A stretch of DNA of 63,049 nt, counting the filler, from Albugo candida (taxonomy: Eukaryota): the NCBI GenBank assembly GCA_040437565.1. It is 2 parts of 2 records of this genome, joined end to end, with 100 filler letters (N's around TTAATTAATTAA, not from the genome) between each part and the next. Parts side by side here need not be neighbours in the genome. Positions count along the whole stretch, not along the records: positions 1 to 31,894 come from JBDOQK010000098.1; positions 31,995 to 63,049 come from JBDOQK010000099.1. One strand, given 5' to 3'. The position numbers and the translations under genes were made by a program. Positions 25,801-36,447 of this stretch are shown here, in pieces; the stretch's first letter is position 1; the number at the start of each line of letters is the position of its first letter. The notes below the pieces were generated by a model. It did not search any database. It was not told the origin of the DNA and saw nothing but the letters and a program-made list of their open reading frames with translations.

Positions 25801-28800
25801 TACGAGGCATTGCATCGAAAGTGCGTCAAGTACAAAGAGACCGCGACAATTGCAGCTGCGCAAGCGCAAATTTTGATTCATCGTCAGAACCGCATTCAGA
25901 ACGGATCAAGAGATTTGGAAAATAGGCTCTGTGAATGGGTAGCTACAAGTGATGAGCATCAAGTCATTGGCCTTTTGCAGCGTCAAAATATGCAAATAAC
26001 ATCAACTTACCAGCAATTCGCTGCGAAATATGAATGTACCCTTGAAGAAAATGAGCGAAATCGAGCGAAACTTCAGCATATGGAACTCGTGTTGGAACAG
26101 AAAGCTCATGAATTCGAGGAACGACGTGATGGAATGCAGAAAGAGATTTCTGTTCTACAAACTGCGGTCTTAGAAACAAAAGAACGCGATGATATTGCAC
26201 AAATAGCGCGTTGGGAAGTTTTTCGGAAGCGTTTGGACGTTTTAGAGGAAGAATTGCGCTCAGAGCAGCTTAAGCGGCAGAAGCTGGAACGGGAAATAGA
26301 AATGGACAATATTAAACGGATCCGAACGGATCCATTGCAAAGTAGTATCGATCAAGAGTGCACGCCGCCAAACCACTGCTTAGAAGCCAAGGTCAAAACG
26401 TTGGAAAGTCGCGAGCGTGTGCTTATGGCACAATTAGAGAATATTGACGTGTCACGTATCGATGCCATACAGAGAGAAGGAAGGGGTTTAAAGAGAGAAA
26501 TGGCACAAGTCAAACAATTGAATGAAGAATTGATTCAACGATTGGAAACCTCTCAAGAACGAATGACTCAGCTTCAGCGTGATTTGGAGACTTCAGAGCG
26601 AGAGCGTCGGAGATTATCGAATGAGAAAGAGAATTTTGAAAAACAACGGAAAGCACCCGCAACGGATGCTTGTGAGGAGCAACACACAATGGAAGAGAAT
26701 GCCATAGGTGAGACACATGGCTTTCAAAAAGGACTAGCAGAGTCTTCGCATTTGCAACGAAAAGTCGGTTATTACGAATCAGATCAAGCGCAGCTTCAAA
26801 AAGCAGCACAAACGACTATTGCAAGTCTCAAATCTCTTGTGGAAGAGAAAAATGGACTTATTCAAAAGTACCAAGAGAAAATGTCGAAAGTACGTGAGGA
26901 AATGGCACAAGAAAAGATCATGGACTGCCAAGAAAACCAGCGCCTTAATGGAAAACTTTATAAAGATAAGAAGGATATGATCGAGAAACTTCGTGAAGCT
27001 ATGGAAATGATCTCACAGCTGGAACAGAATCCAAAGAGCCAGAGAGCATTGCAAGCCGCGATTGAACGCCATCAGAACGCGTTGAAGCAGTGGAAACGTG
27101 CCGAAATGCAAGTTTCAGTACTTCGACAACAACTCGAGGAATGCGAAATGAAAAAAGACTTGATTCAAAATGAGAAAGAAAATGCCGAAAAGCAAGCAGA
27201 AGAAGTCCTTGAAGAATTGAGTGTCGTATGCAATGAGCTCAAAGTACGCGATCAGAGAGAAAAAGACGCGGCTATGGAGTTGAAAAACGCGAAACGCGAC
27301 GGAGCCGACAAAGATGCAAAATTGAAGCGTCTTCGCGATGCAATTACCCAACTGAAAGAAGAATTTCTTAAAGCGGAAGAGCGACACGCAATTGCAATAT
27401 CCAAAGCACAAACAGGTACAAAAAATGCGGAATCAGAGCTCAAACATCAACAAAAAGCGAAATTCATGCGACAAAACGAACAGCTACGACAACGGGTCCA
27501 ACACCTTGAGGCGCAAATTCGCGAGAAGGAATCAACTCAGAAGAAATCTGATAGTCAGATTCAATCATCACGGTCCGCTGATCGTGATAAAGCTGCACTT
27601 CAGAAGGAAATTGCTCGATTGTCCAATTTGGTTAAAGACAAGTCGTTAGGAGAGTCCAAGATCGTACAAGATTTGGAAATGCAGGTTTCGGTCTTAAAGG
27701 CTCAAAACCTTGCGTTGAAACAAGCCTCTGAGGGCGTTACAAGAAACAGAGAGGAAGAAAGGAAAGTGAACAAACGCCTGACCATGGCACTCGCACGATT
27801 ACAAACCAAGAACGCGGAAGTCTTGCAGACAGAAAGACGAATTGGAGAGCTAGAAGAAGAGCTGGCAGAATGGCGGCAGAAGTTTGAGACAGTGTCAAAT
27901 GCAATGGAAAACAAAGAAAGTCAAATTCAACGTATGACGTCACATGAAGGCGATCATGAGCAATATCTAGAGCGCCATAGTCAGTTTCTTACAGAAAAAC
28001 TCTTGCTGGAACGGAAAGATTGGGAGGAACGATACACAACGCAAACGAAACAACATCAAGAACACATCTCTCGTTTACATCAGCGGCTTACTCAATGTAG
28101 TGAGGCTTACACGGAGAAGGGTGCAGGCGATACAATGCGTGATAAGATCCATGAGGCATCGCAAGGAAAAGGAATTTGGACACGACAAGAGGCGGAATAT
28201 ATCATTTTGGTGGAATTTGAGGATGAATTGAAGGAACTGAGGCACAATGTTTACGAAAAAGAACAGGAGACTATGCACAAGGACACAAAACTGCTGGAAT
28301 ATGAGCTGGAAATTGAGAGCCTACATGTTGAAGTCAGTCGGCTCAAACAAAGGAACACTGCTACCCAGCCTCAGAATCGTGTCAATTCTTCCGAAATATC
28401 CGGTAGTTTGACAACTTCACATAAACACATACCATTACGGACACAAGAAAGACTTGAATTCGAGAATATCATTGAAAATATGAGAAGACTGATTGCAAAA
28501 TTACGTGCTGAAAATGAGAAATTGGAGAAAGAAGCTCAAAAAGGTCGTCAAGTTGGTAAGTTACAGCGAAAATCTCGTATTTTAGAGTCGAAAATCGAAC
28601 AGTTGACACAAGAGAAGCAATCAACGCAAATACGGCTCGAAGGGTTGATGAATGAAAATGAAGAGTTGGTACGGAAAGCAAACCATTTCGAATCACAACG
28701 CAGAAGAGAAGTCAAAGAGAACAAGCTGCAGCAAAGTAATGCGGCACTAAAAGAAGAAATTGAGCAGTTGCGACAGCAGCTCCGAGACAAATCGGCGGAC

Positions 28801-29025
28801 TTGCATGACGCACACAATCAAGATGCGCAATTGAGACAACGACTGGAAGATGAGATTGTAGAATTACAAGACGAAAATGAGCGTCTGAGAAAAGAATTGG
28901 ATGCTTTTGATGAAGAATTCTTCGAAGAAATTGAGGATCTCAAGTTCAAGTACGCACAAACAATGCGAGAGAAGCAAAACCTGGAGCAGCAGATCAACCG
29001 AAAACAAGACAACAAGTATTTGTAG
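22816..29025 (+). CDS. CEP290: CEP290-like centrosomal/ciliary transition-zone coiled-coil protein (N-terminus may be incomplete)
   Basis: Uninterrupted 2069-aa coiled-coil ORF. C-terminal ELDAFDEEFFEEIEDLKFKY matches the conserved CEP290 FFEEIEDLKY motif; internal DEHQVIGLLQRQ and TTIASLKSLVEEKNGLIQKYQ resemble CEP290 segments in the expected order. The start lies just after a gap. Confidence 0.85.
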   Translation: MGGSDGRQQTSTDEKCKRSVCVSARQELQLLRGDLDELTTENEQIVEQLAQMQAENQQCKLEVKLRDKEIDSLKTTLDDKTAVLARIKAQSDPKDIIHQQNWHQDLKSTSDDHVPALGKMEPADSTPNTRSILAIRTTKYDGFYDTLKENEQLRIEVSELQSAVQQISKLALAYEEIIESTQCQERIYENTIESQQKAFIQAQNRIQILEEKIADKSQQGTLLEYTLKGDVKTEHRQLEPQYSNLKADNAANQKCKAHISLQKEGHSLCTLENELETLQTLRCQDENVIQNLQSEDLRAVLEHSSLDNARLQKSRKSKDNIIPEETVLDHKNELQKSKNIIQELKTMLQAMENRQIELENDKRVLEEWNRRYELEAGIHDIMLHYRRIEKELDTQKRQNQNLRDKVGDQKDTIVNVGIVCQRNKPQGMTLESSEQELEALYLQEKIVESRKLLVTEDRAEEMEPENADLHSKLLNKKMEQCTQTLNGSTMLLEARVCGTCETSETEQRDAELNGERFGIEERANCKALNEISIKQMVKIASNVTASILSTALTNVKTLKASADDILVTKEDQDIEEKSVIAAKKASNSAQKSDDIDPSESTKQNATCLTAEIIAGSVKFALEGQMAQWIKTSQMARDSLSHSNSSNGERELKKDLHFALKGEMLSHKRVLEELSVCLDDLSVAQSANTSLQSSLREHERALRAAMDQQSILYKHFVTLQHEKITRQDNFERTNEEAKNKLRDLTLKCEQYEAFIQQVNSDGACTSPTSLEDYVNQARNDDSFFRRMADMTQRMAISELNQARLKRKYHFIVGQLHSRSQVNRDMELDYIEMKKTFKLRILYLESWKEGAEDRMKRMLQTLEQSVLKAPAMELAARHSSLLEKFSLLVEHSNELRLRLLEVASLPAKVSTLEFENTQLRYQQSNCSLDKAAGIEERITQLESLLRNATEQKDSAEHKVATLLAMDTKEHSRNIKRLEKLQQENLILMDRINEVEELYEALHRKCVKYKETATIAAAQAQILIHRQNRIQNGSRDLENRLCEWVATSDEHQVIGLLQRQNMQITSTYQQFAAKYECTLEENERNRAKLQHMELVLEQKAHEFEERRDGMQKEISVLQTAVLETKERDDIAQIARWEVFRKRLDVLEEELRSEQLKRQKLEREIEMDNIKRIRTDPLQSSIDQECTPPNHCLEAKVKTLESRERVLMAQLENIDVSRIDAIQREGRGLKREMAQVKQLNEELIQRLETSQERMTQLQRDLETSERERRRLSNEKENFEKQRKAPATDACEEQHTMEENAIGETHGFQKGLAESSHLQRKVGYYESDQAQLQKAAQTTIASLKSLVEEKNGLIQKYQEKMSKVREEMAQEKIMDCQENQRLNGKLYKDKKDMIEKLREAMEMISQLEQNPKSQRALQAAIERHQNALKQWKRAEMQVSVLRQQLEECEMKKDLIQNEKENAEKQAEEVLEELSVVCNELKVRDQREKDAAMELKNAKRDGADKDAKLKRLRDAITQLKEEFLKAEERHAIAISKAQTGTKNAESELKHQQKAKFMRQNEQLRQRVQHLEAQIREKESTQKKSDSQIQSSRSADRDKAALQKEIARLSNLVKDKSLGESKIVQDLEMQVSVLKAQNLALKQASEGVTRNREEERKVNKRLTMALARLQTKNAEVLQTERRIGELEEELAEWRQKFETVSNAMENKESQIQRMTSHEGDHEQYLERHSQFLTEKLLLERKDWEERYTTQTKQHQEHISRLHQRLTQCSEAYTEKGAGDTMRDKIHEASQGKGIWTRQEAEYIILVEFEDELKELRHNVYEKEQETMHKDTKLLEYELEIESLHVEVSRLKQRNTATQPQNRVNSSEISGSLTTSHKHIPLRTQERLEFENIIENMRRLIAKLRAENEKLEKEAQKGRQVGKLQRKSRILESKIEQLTQEKQSTQIRLEGLMNENEELVRKANHFESQRRREVKENKLQQSNAALKEEIEQLRQQLRDKSADLHDAHNQDAQLRQRLEDEIVELQDENERLRKELDAFDEEFFEEIEDLKFKYAQTMREKQNLEQQINRKQDNKYL

Positions 29026-30287
29026 AGTCATATTTATCGGAAGCAAGGCGTCTGCCGTCTTTGTTGAGGTACTTACTGCCGCAATGCATGATCAAAGTGT
29101 CCCGTTAATAGGCGCATTTTAAGCAGAATCTGAGACAACCTCCTTCATGCTTCTTTGCACAGCCTCGCACATATAGTACGACGATCAATCAAGTTTAGAA
29201 CTCCTGATTCAAACTACATATCATCATGTTCTCCTTTCCGTATGTTTCGGTTTGTAGCAAGCGATTCAGTTCGAGCGCTCTTGCATCATAAATGCTTAAT
29301 ATGAAGTCATCCCATCAAAATTCCCCCTTATTACTGACAATGTCATTCTCGCCCATGAAGCCATACATACATCTGACAATTTCCACTATTGAAGAAGAAA
29401 GAAGATTTATTTCGGGCAATGTTACGGTATTACAATACAATAAAAAAATAATTTTGTTTAGTGCCGCAAGTCTCAAGTACAGCAAAATGCCGATAGAACC
29501 GAATCAAGACTCTTGCTACAAAAAACCGTTCCTCAAGCTTCAATGTTCCAAAGTCAAGTGCACTCTGAACGGAAGTACATGGCGGACGTCTACCCTGAAG
29601 ATTACGTATGCATCAGCACATGTAGGTAGTATTGTAAGGACTAAATATCTATATAGGTGTGTATGCTTGTACAGGAAGACTTGAGAATATGTTACTTCAG
29701 TTAAACCTACGCATGTCACTTTTTACCTCGTATTTGAAACGGAAATAAAATGAATGCTACCGAGTGAACTAGTAGCTGGCATCAGATCGTCATATTTGTC
29801 GACACATATTCTTAAGAATACCTGCATCGCTCGTATTGAGATTCGAAGGACCCCTATATCGAGTGCATATCGTTTTGACATAGTATAAGTTAAAAGTTGG
29901 ATAACCCACCAATTGGATACATACATCAGTAGTCAGGAACGAAATGTTAGGCAATCGAAGACGGTGCACATGCTTCGAAAAATTTGATCAAGACTCTATC
30001 ATATTCGACCTAAAAGATCCTTTGATCTCAGCTCTTGCGGGGCAGGACGCCAACGTGTCTTCCAACAATATTGTCCGGAGATGTTCAGTCGGTAAAGCTT
30101 AACCTCACGACCTACTCGGATCTGTGCTACTTTGCACACATCGCTCAATATTGCTATAAATGGAAATCACTAACCTAAATCGTGAGCTAATCATCACTAC
30201 GCAAGAAAAAATTCACTGAAGGTAAGAGAAAGCTTGAATGGTTGGAGGTGATATTGTGTTGTTTTTGATAAATGGTAAAAAGCGTAC

Positions 30288-31069
30288 GGGAACCACTAAC
30301 CAGCGCAGAGTTTTCGCTAATCAGCCCCCATCCTTCTTCAATACAGCACCCCTTAAGGGTCCGTACCCAGTTCAGTCGGTTAAGCACTTGAGCGCACGGA
30401 CCCCCTGCCGGAGGTCGTTATGTCGATCTCCGGCAGTGTGGGCAGCCGTTTGAGCCCACCCAAGCAATAATCTTGGAAAATATCTGCCTCAGACTTAAGT
30501 GATATTCACACGGTCAGGGGCTCATGATAGGATAAGGAAGGTAGTTAAAGAACCAGATAAACAGTGTAATGAAATATTTGACAAAGTAAAAAAAAAAATA
30601 CAGCACCCCTAAGTTATGAATAAGAGGTATGATTGGCTAGCGTTGAACATGCTGCCAGTCAGTTCTGATAATCTACCGAATGCTAGGACACGGAGAATTG
30701 GTTCACTGAGTTGTTGAGGCCAACCAATTTGAGCATAATCAGGAAACTTTGGTAGATGCTGCCGTACATCCACAAGGCCGTGCCCTCAAAATCGATCAGT
30801 GGCAACAAATTTTAAGTTCTTTTTGGTCCGGTCTGGCGCCTGCGCGTATCATCGCACAAATGCGCAGTATCAATCTCAAGGTAACACCTCGTGATGTATA
30901 CAATATTCGGAACTCGGTACGTAGGCATTTGTTACGTGGTAGAACACCGCTAGCTGCCCACCTTGATGGTCCTTAATCTGCAAGTCTTTCTGCGCTGTTT
31001 CATACAAGTTTGTAATCATAACTTAGGGGTGCTGTATTCAAGTGGAGTGGGGGCTGGTTAGCGGTTTCC
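30288..31069 (+). mobile_element. MULE deletion derivative
   Basis: Inverted termini (GGGAACCACTAACCAGC / GCTGGTTAGCGGTTTCC; AATACAGCACCCCT / AGGGGTGCTGTATT). Fragment 30749-30976 is similar to the 2420 MULE ORF (HPQGRAL...DVYNIR...LRGRTPL). Confidence 0.75.
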
Positions 31070-31089
31070 AAGGAGTAGTTCTACATTAA

Positions 31090-31894
31090 GAAGTTATTAT
31101 ATCCGCCAATCTTTCTAAATCCTAAGTGCTCGCATGAATATGCTTGCGTAGGTAGAAAAGACTGCACGCATCAAAGTAACAATGCTATCGCGTCCAGTGT
31201 CCGTGTACACATACTTCAACGTCAATCGCTTTCCAACCACTCCTCTATCGTCCGCTTTTTATGTTCTGATGTTTTAAGTGCACGTTCAGGTCATGATATG
31301 GCTTACTCATTTTGGTGTTAGCCAAAAAATGTTCCAAATCCTCCAATCTCGGTTCATGAAGCGCCTTTGTCATCATGTCAGCTGGCATGCGAGAACCTCA
31401 CAGTATTCGGTCTTGAGAATCCCTCGTTTCGCGTACGAGCCCAAAAATTTCCTCTCACGTCAACATGTTGTGCTTTTGATGAAGATTCTCCAGCAAGTTG
31501 TATATGTGCTGCCTGGTTATCGCCCGTGAGCGACATCAGCATAATACAATCTATCCCCGTATCTCCCCAGCAATTCTCAAACAAAATGCCAATTATCTAT
31601 GCAACCACGATCGAAGCCGCAGTGGATTCTTTCTCCATTATAGAGAGAGAAACCCCGCTTTTTTTGTGAGGTTTCAAGAGTATCAAACTCCCCAAAAAAA
31701 TACTTTCCCCCGAGGACAGTCACCGGTTGACACTCCAACTGTTGACAGGCATCCGCCGTGGCGATCATCACCCTGATGTTTCCCCCAGGCATTTTGGACA
31801 CTTGAGCGATTGACCGGCTCTCCAGTAAACTTTCAAAGACCGGATTGCCGTGGTCTCGCATCAGAGAGGATAAAATTTTCCCATTCGGAGTACG
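31090..31894 (-). mobile_element. Copia 3' fragment (RT end/RNase H), truncated by the contig end
   Basis: Minus-strand GVSLSIMEKESTAAS and GDNQAAHIQLAGESSSKAQHVDVR. Confidence 0.75.
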
Positions 31895-31994
31895 NNNNNN
31901 NNNNNNNNNNNNNNNNNNNNNNNNNNNNNNNNNNNNNNTTAATTAATTAANNNNNNNNNNNNNNNNNNNNNNNNNNNNNNNNNNNNNNNNNNNN
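31895..31994. other. Artificial contig-joining linker N44-TTAATTAATTAA-N44
   Basis: Six-frame-stop 12-mer at 31939-31950 embedded symmetrically in Ns. Confidence 0.92.
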
Positions 31995-32399
31995 AAACCT
32001 AAAACCTAAAACCATGTTTGTTTAACTATTAACTTTTAAAGCCTAGCTTCTTCATGTTCTACTACATCAGGAAGTCTCTATTAACTCGCTCTGCGCATTA
32101 TAGTTACTACATAAAGAAAACCCCTGTGATCCTTCTTTATTGTAAATGTAGCAAGTATTTAAAAACAAGTAGCAATATTTCTCCAAATGAAAGTTTTGCA
32201 ACTGACTCTGCGCATACAATCTCTCCAAGAAGAAAGCCTCTGACTATTTGGTATATTCAAGAGTCTCATGCGGGATTCGAACCACTCTTTTGATATTCAA
32301 AATAACTCTCACACGGAAAAATAGGTGACATAACTCTATCAGGCAAACTGGGGAATTTTAAATTACTTTCTCGAAATCAAGCAAAAAAACCTCTCGATG

Positions 32400-33765
32400 A
32401 GTCAATGTACTCCTGGATTCCTCCTCCGAGGAGTTAAGTAAAGTCATCAGCAAGTTTGATGGTACATGCTTACCAGCACGTGCTCAAAGTCCAGAAACCA
32501 ACAGGGAGACGTACACACACGACTTCTTTCTTTACCGTCATCTATTGGGACGAAGAAATCATGACGCAGCTAATCTGCAATCTGCGTGGATTTCTTACGT
32601 TGAGGATAATGAGATGCAACAAAATCAGCTATGTGTATTACAACGTGAGTGGTCCAAAAAGACCGATGGCATGAAGTATTTCATCCATACACGATCGTTA
32701 GCGAAACGTATCAATTGTGCCGTTTGCATGGAATTCAACTGTCCGCATTGTCTTCGCGGCGATCCTAAGTTTAACCATGCTCAATGATCACATCCTGATT
32801 ACGTTAGAAAAGTAGGAACAGAACTGTGCATCAAGATATTGAATTTGGATAGAGATCAAAAGTTCGGGGTATATGCGCTAGTACATGAGAAAACCAATTG
32901 GGAACCCGATGCTGAAGCACTCATCCAACAAGTGAGGAGCCTCCAGCGCGACTTCTCTCACTCACCAGAGGAATTTACTTCTACAATAAAGGATTTGCAT
33001 GAGCAATTGCTTCTCTTAAGAATGTGCATGAACAGATTGCTTCTCTAAAGGATGTGCTTACTGAACTTATGTCAAAAAATTTCCAGCGACAAGCTCTTGA
33101 ACAATCAAACACAAGTATCATCAGAAGAACTGGAGGCTACTTGGCCCCCCGCACCACGAACATTCGAAGTACCTTTTATTCCTCTCTGACTCCCATCCTC
33201 CCGCCAAATTAATTCACTTGCCCAATATGCCAATAAATGACCTTTCTGACCCTAGTATAGCTGGTTCTGATAACAAAGTACGAATTGAGCTCGAATATGC
33301 CATCGGCAAACATCAGTGGTTCCATCGATCCAAACGATGTTGCGATTATTTGCGGAAGCAGTATACTTACATACTTACATCAAGAAGACGCTGCACTCTT
33401 TGGCGATCTTTTTATCTTCGCGTCCTACGTCTTCACTGAGTACCACGCTACGAGATTTTTCTTACCGTTCTGATCATTCCTCGTTCCAGAATGCATTTGG
33501 GGCTAGTTTGATGATGTAATATTCTACAGTGATAGGGACAAATGCGAACAAAGAGAGGATCCCAAGGCTAAAGAAATCCTAAAATTCTTGAAATGTATTA
33601 TATACAGAAAGTGGTGCGCACACGGATACTGGACTGGCTTCCGCATGAACATGTACCCACCAGAGTTTGTGGATGCATTTGATAAATTTGGAAACGCGCT
33701 TCCAGTTGCTGGGCCGAAATCCGCTTATGATGAGGATTCTATGTCCGGCATTGATCAAACCAGAA
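32400..33765 (+). pseudogene. Unidentified decayed intronless ORF (CxxC-x4-CxxC motif, coiled coil)
   Basis: Successive protein-like fragments joinable through a few stops and frameshifts; CAVCMEFNCPHC; 30-bp repeat encoding HEQIASLKDV. Confidence 0.45.
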
Positions 33766-33866
33766 ANNNNNNNNNNNNNNNNNNNNNNNNNNNNNNNNNN
33801 NNNNNNNNNNNNNNNNNNNNNNNNNNNNNNNNNNNNNNNNNNNNNNNNNNNNNNNNNNNNNNNNNN

Positions 33867-36447
33867 AGAGAGCAAAAAGCCAACTTTGGGTCGCATCGTA
33901 CCAAACTCGGATAAATATAGAGCTCCTTTTACGCCCAAGACACGAGGACGAATTTCTGTACCGTTCATAATAAGTGATATATCTCTTGATTGTATAAAAT
34001 TACCTTTTGCTGCAATAAGACAAGACGTTGGTATGTTGTCTCCTATCACCAATTGTATAGCGACACTAGCCTTCATATTCATGTCGTATCATACCGGGAA
34101 CCTCAATTCGGACGCGACCTTCGATAGCGATCATAGTTACACCTGTCCAATCGTTTTTCAGACTGTCATAGTTCTTATTTCATCCAGTTGCAGACACAAT
34201 GATATCCCACTTGAGAGGCATAATATTCAGTGATACGGTCCTCGATTTCATCTTTTTGAGCACTTTCTTATCGTGTTATCGAATCATCAATTTGCATCCA
34301 ATTCTCACATAAACCAAGCAAACCTTTGGTAGTGTCTTTGGAGTGCAGTCTAGCTCTTGTAATACGAAATTGAACCACACCTGACGTTCGTTTCTTCTGG
34401 CTGCTAAACTGTATCGAAATCCGCAAGTGTACGGATGTGAGTGTACTGAATTCCACCTTCCCCAAGGAATTGAATAGCGCAAATTCCGTTATATTTCGAG
34501 TGCTTTCGAGTGAAGAGTTAATGTCGAAGGAATACAAACTCCGTAATGAAGAAACTTGCCGTAGATTTTTCCCGACAGCGTCAGCAACAATTTTACCAGA
34601 CTTGAATTGTTGTCCCCGGTCAATAATTTGCGTCACAGCCATACAATTTGTTCTGTGATCATTAACATCAGGCCCAGGGATCGCTGTGATGAACTCCCTT
34701 GAGATAGTTAAGAATCCTTGTGTTCCTTCGAATGTGTCGCCATCAATGTTCCGGAGATCATGACCGCATTCGTGAACTTTCCATACAAGCAGTAAACGAG
34801 ATGAAAGATTCAGCATCCATGGATGGGACTAGAAAAGTTAAAACGTTGTACTATTCCATTTGAGTTTCTGTTTGATCTCTTTTCATCGCTTCATATCAGT
34901 TGGTGATTAGACAGATGATTTTACATACTGTCTGAGTGAATGCGTGAACATTTGTCCAACATTACAGCTCGAAGAATACTCGATGCAACTCTTGTGGATA
35001 CGCGATAATTTGAGCGTAGATATTGGAGTTCTCCCCAAAAAAAAATTCGCATCCTGCTGATCTTGCTTTGTGGGCATTGCACTCTGTTGTGTTACAACTG
35101 TGAATTGTAAGCATTCATCTGGAATACCGCGTTATCGAGCCTGTGCTCGGATATTCGCTCCTGCCAGCAAAGGGAACCTCAAACACCATAGAATTGGGAA
35201 GGTGTTTGGGCAAATTCATCAAGATCGTCTCAAGTTTTTATTGTACTGAGATAGATTTGTACAGTTGATATAATTACGAATTTGTCGTACAAGACGCCAT
35301 CATGCGAGCGTTCGAGACACTTTATAACATCGAACATTTCGGCTGCCGATTTTTTGTGCTCGTTGACAAAGTACAAGTTAGGCATGGAGATGCTTTTGTC
35401 GCATGATATACTTGATTATTAGGAAGAAAGAATAATTTATTACACACCATATATTAGATGTATTCGGTGCGAAGAGCTCCACAGAATACCATGTAGCTCA
35501 TTTAGCTCACTTGCACGGGAAGTGTAAAATATCGTACATTTCGGCAGAGACATCGTCGATTTTGCTATTTACTTGCAGACGTAGGAAGAAAGGAATGAAG
35601 CGCACTAGCACCCTTTTCCGTCCCTTCTTGGCGTGCTTTTACTTCTTTCAACACCACCTCAGATGAATTCGATAAGTTCTCCTCATTGCTCTCCTTAAGG
35701 ATATCATTCTGGGACCCATAAAGACCATCATCTAGATCTGGGTCGTTTTTCTTGGGTGAATGAGAATACAGTATGTCGTTCGGTTCAACGACACAGCTAT
35801 TGCTCTTCTATTATTCAACTCCGACATCTTCCTTTCATTCCTCACTCTTTATCATTGATATTCTTCCTGAATTGTTGTGAACCACCTCAGGCTTTGGAAG
35901 TGAGGTCTGGGCATCGGCTGCCTCCATACTCTCCACGGTATATTTTTCATTTGATATCTCATTTTACTCAAGCCCGATAATTTCCATCTTAAGGCCTAAA
36001 GCACGCAAATCTGCATGATTTTGGTTTTTGTTGTTTATCAGCATCTTTTGCTGATAATTTCCTTTTCGAGGAAAGTCAAAGCGATTGATTCCTCCAAATT
36101 GGAAAGATCAAGATGGAACACTCGTTTCCTCAAAGAGAAAGGTTTGATGACTTTACTGCCATTTTGATCAATTCTAGAAGCCTGTAGCTCAAACCGTTTC
36201 CGAGTCTTTGTTGGTACAGCACGTGTTTCTTGCTCTCCAAAGGTATCTATCTCTGTTGATGCTTCAATTGCTTCAGACTTGAAATCCATAAGTTTTTCAA
36301 GGGACGAAAGCCGTGCGCTGGGCTACTCTTGTTGCAGCAGAAGTAGCTGGTTCGTAGGTATCGACCACTCTTTGGACCTATCTTGCAACACTTAGCTTTC
36401 AAGTATAATTTACCACGTAATTTAGCATTTTCCGCTGTGAAATTCAC
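33867..36447 (-). pseudogene. Unidentified decayed long ORF, convergent with 32400-33765
   Basis: Chain of minus-strand fragments (36038-36289, acidic segment ~35600-36000, 34268-34816, 33867-34082) separated by stops and frameshifts. Confidence 0.4.

Noticed and set aside
23935..29046. Antisense and alternate-frame ORFs overlapping CEP290
   Set aside because: Shadow ORFs from biased coiled-coil codon usage.
33867..35040. MCM4-like (IIAYPQEL, IDRG, VKGALYLSEFG) or 30K movement-protein-like (SGVVQFRITRARL) snippets
   Set aside because: Spacing is inconsistent with MCM, no zinc finger or Walker motif is visible, and the conserved Asp of 30K proteins is absent; too weak to name.
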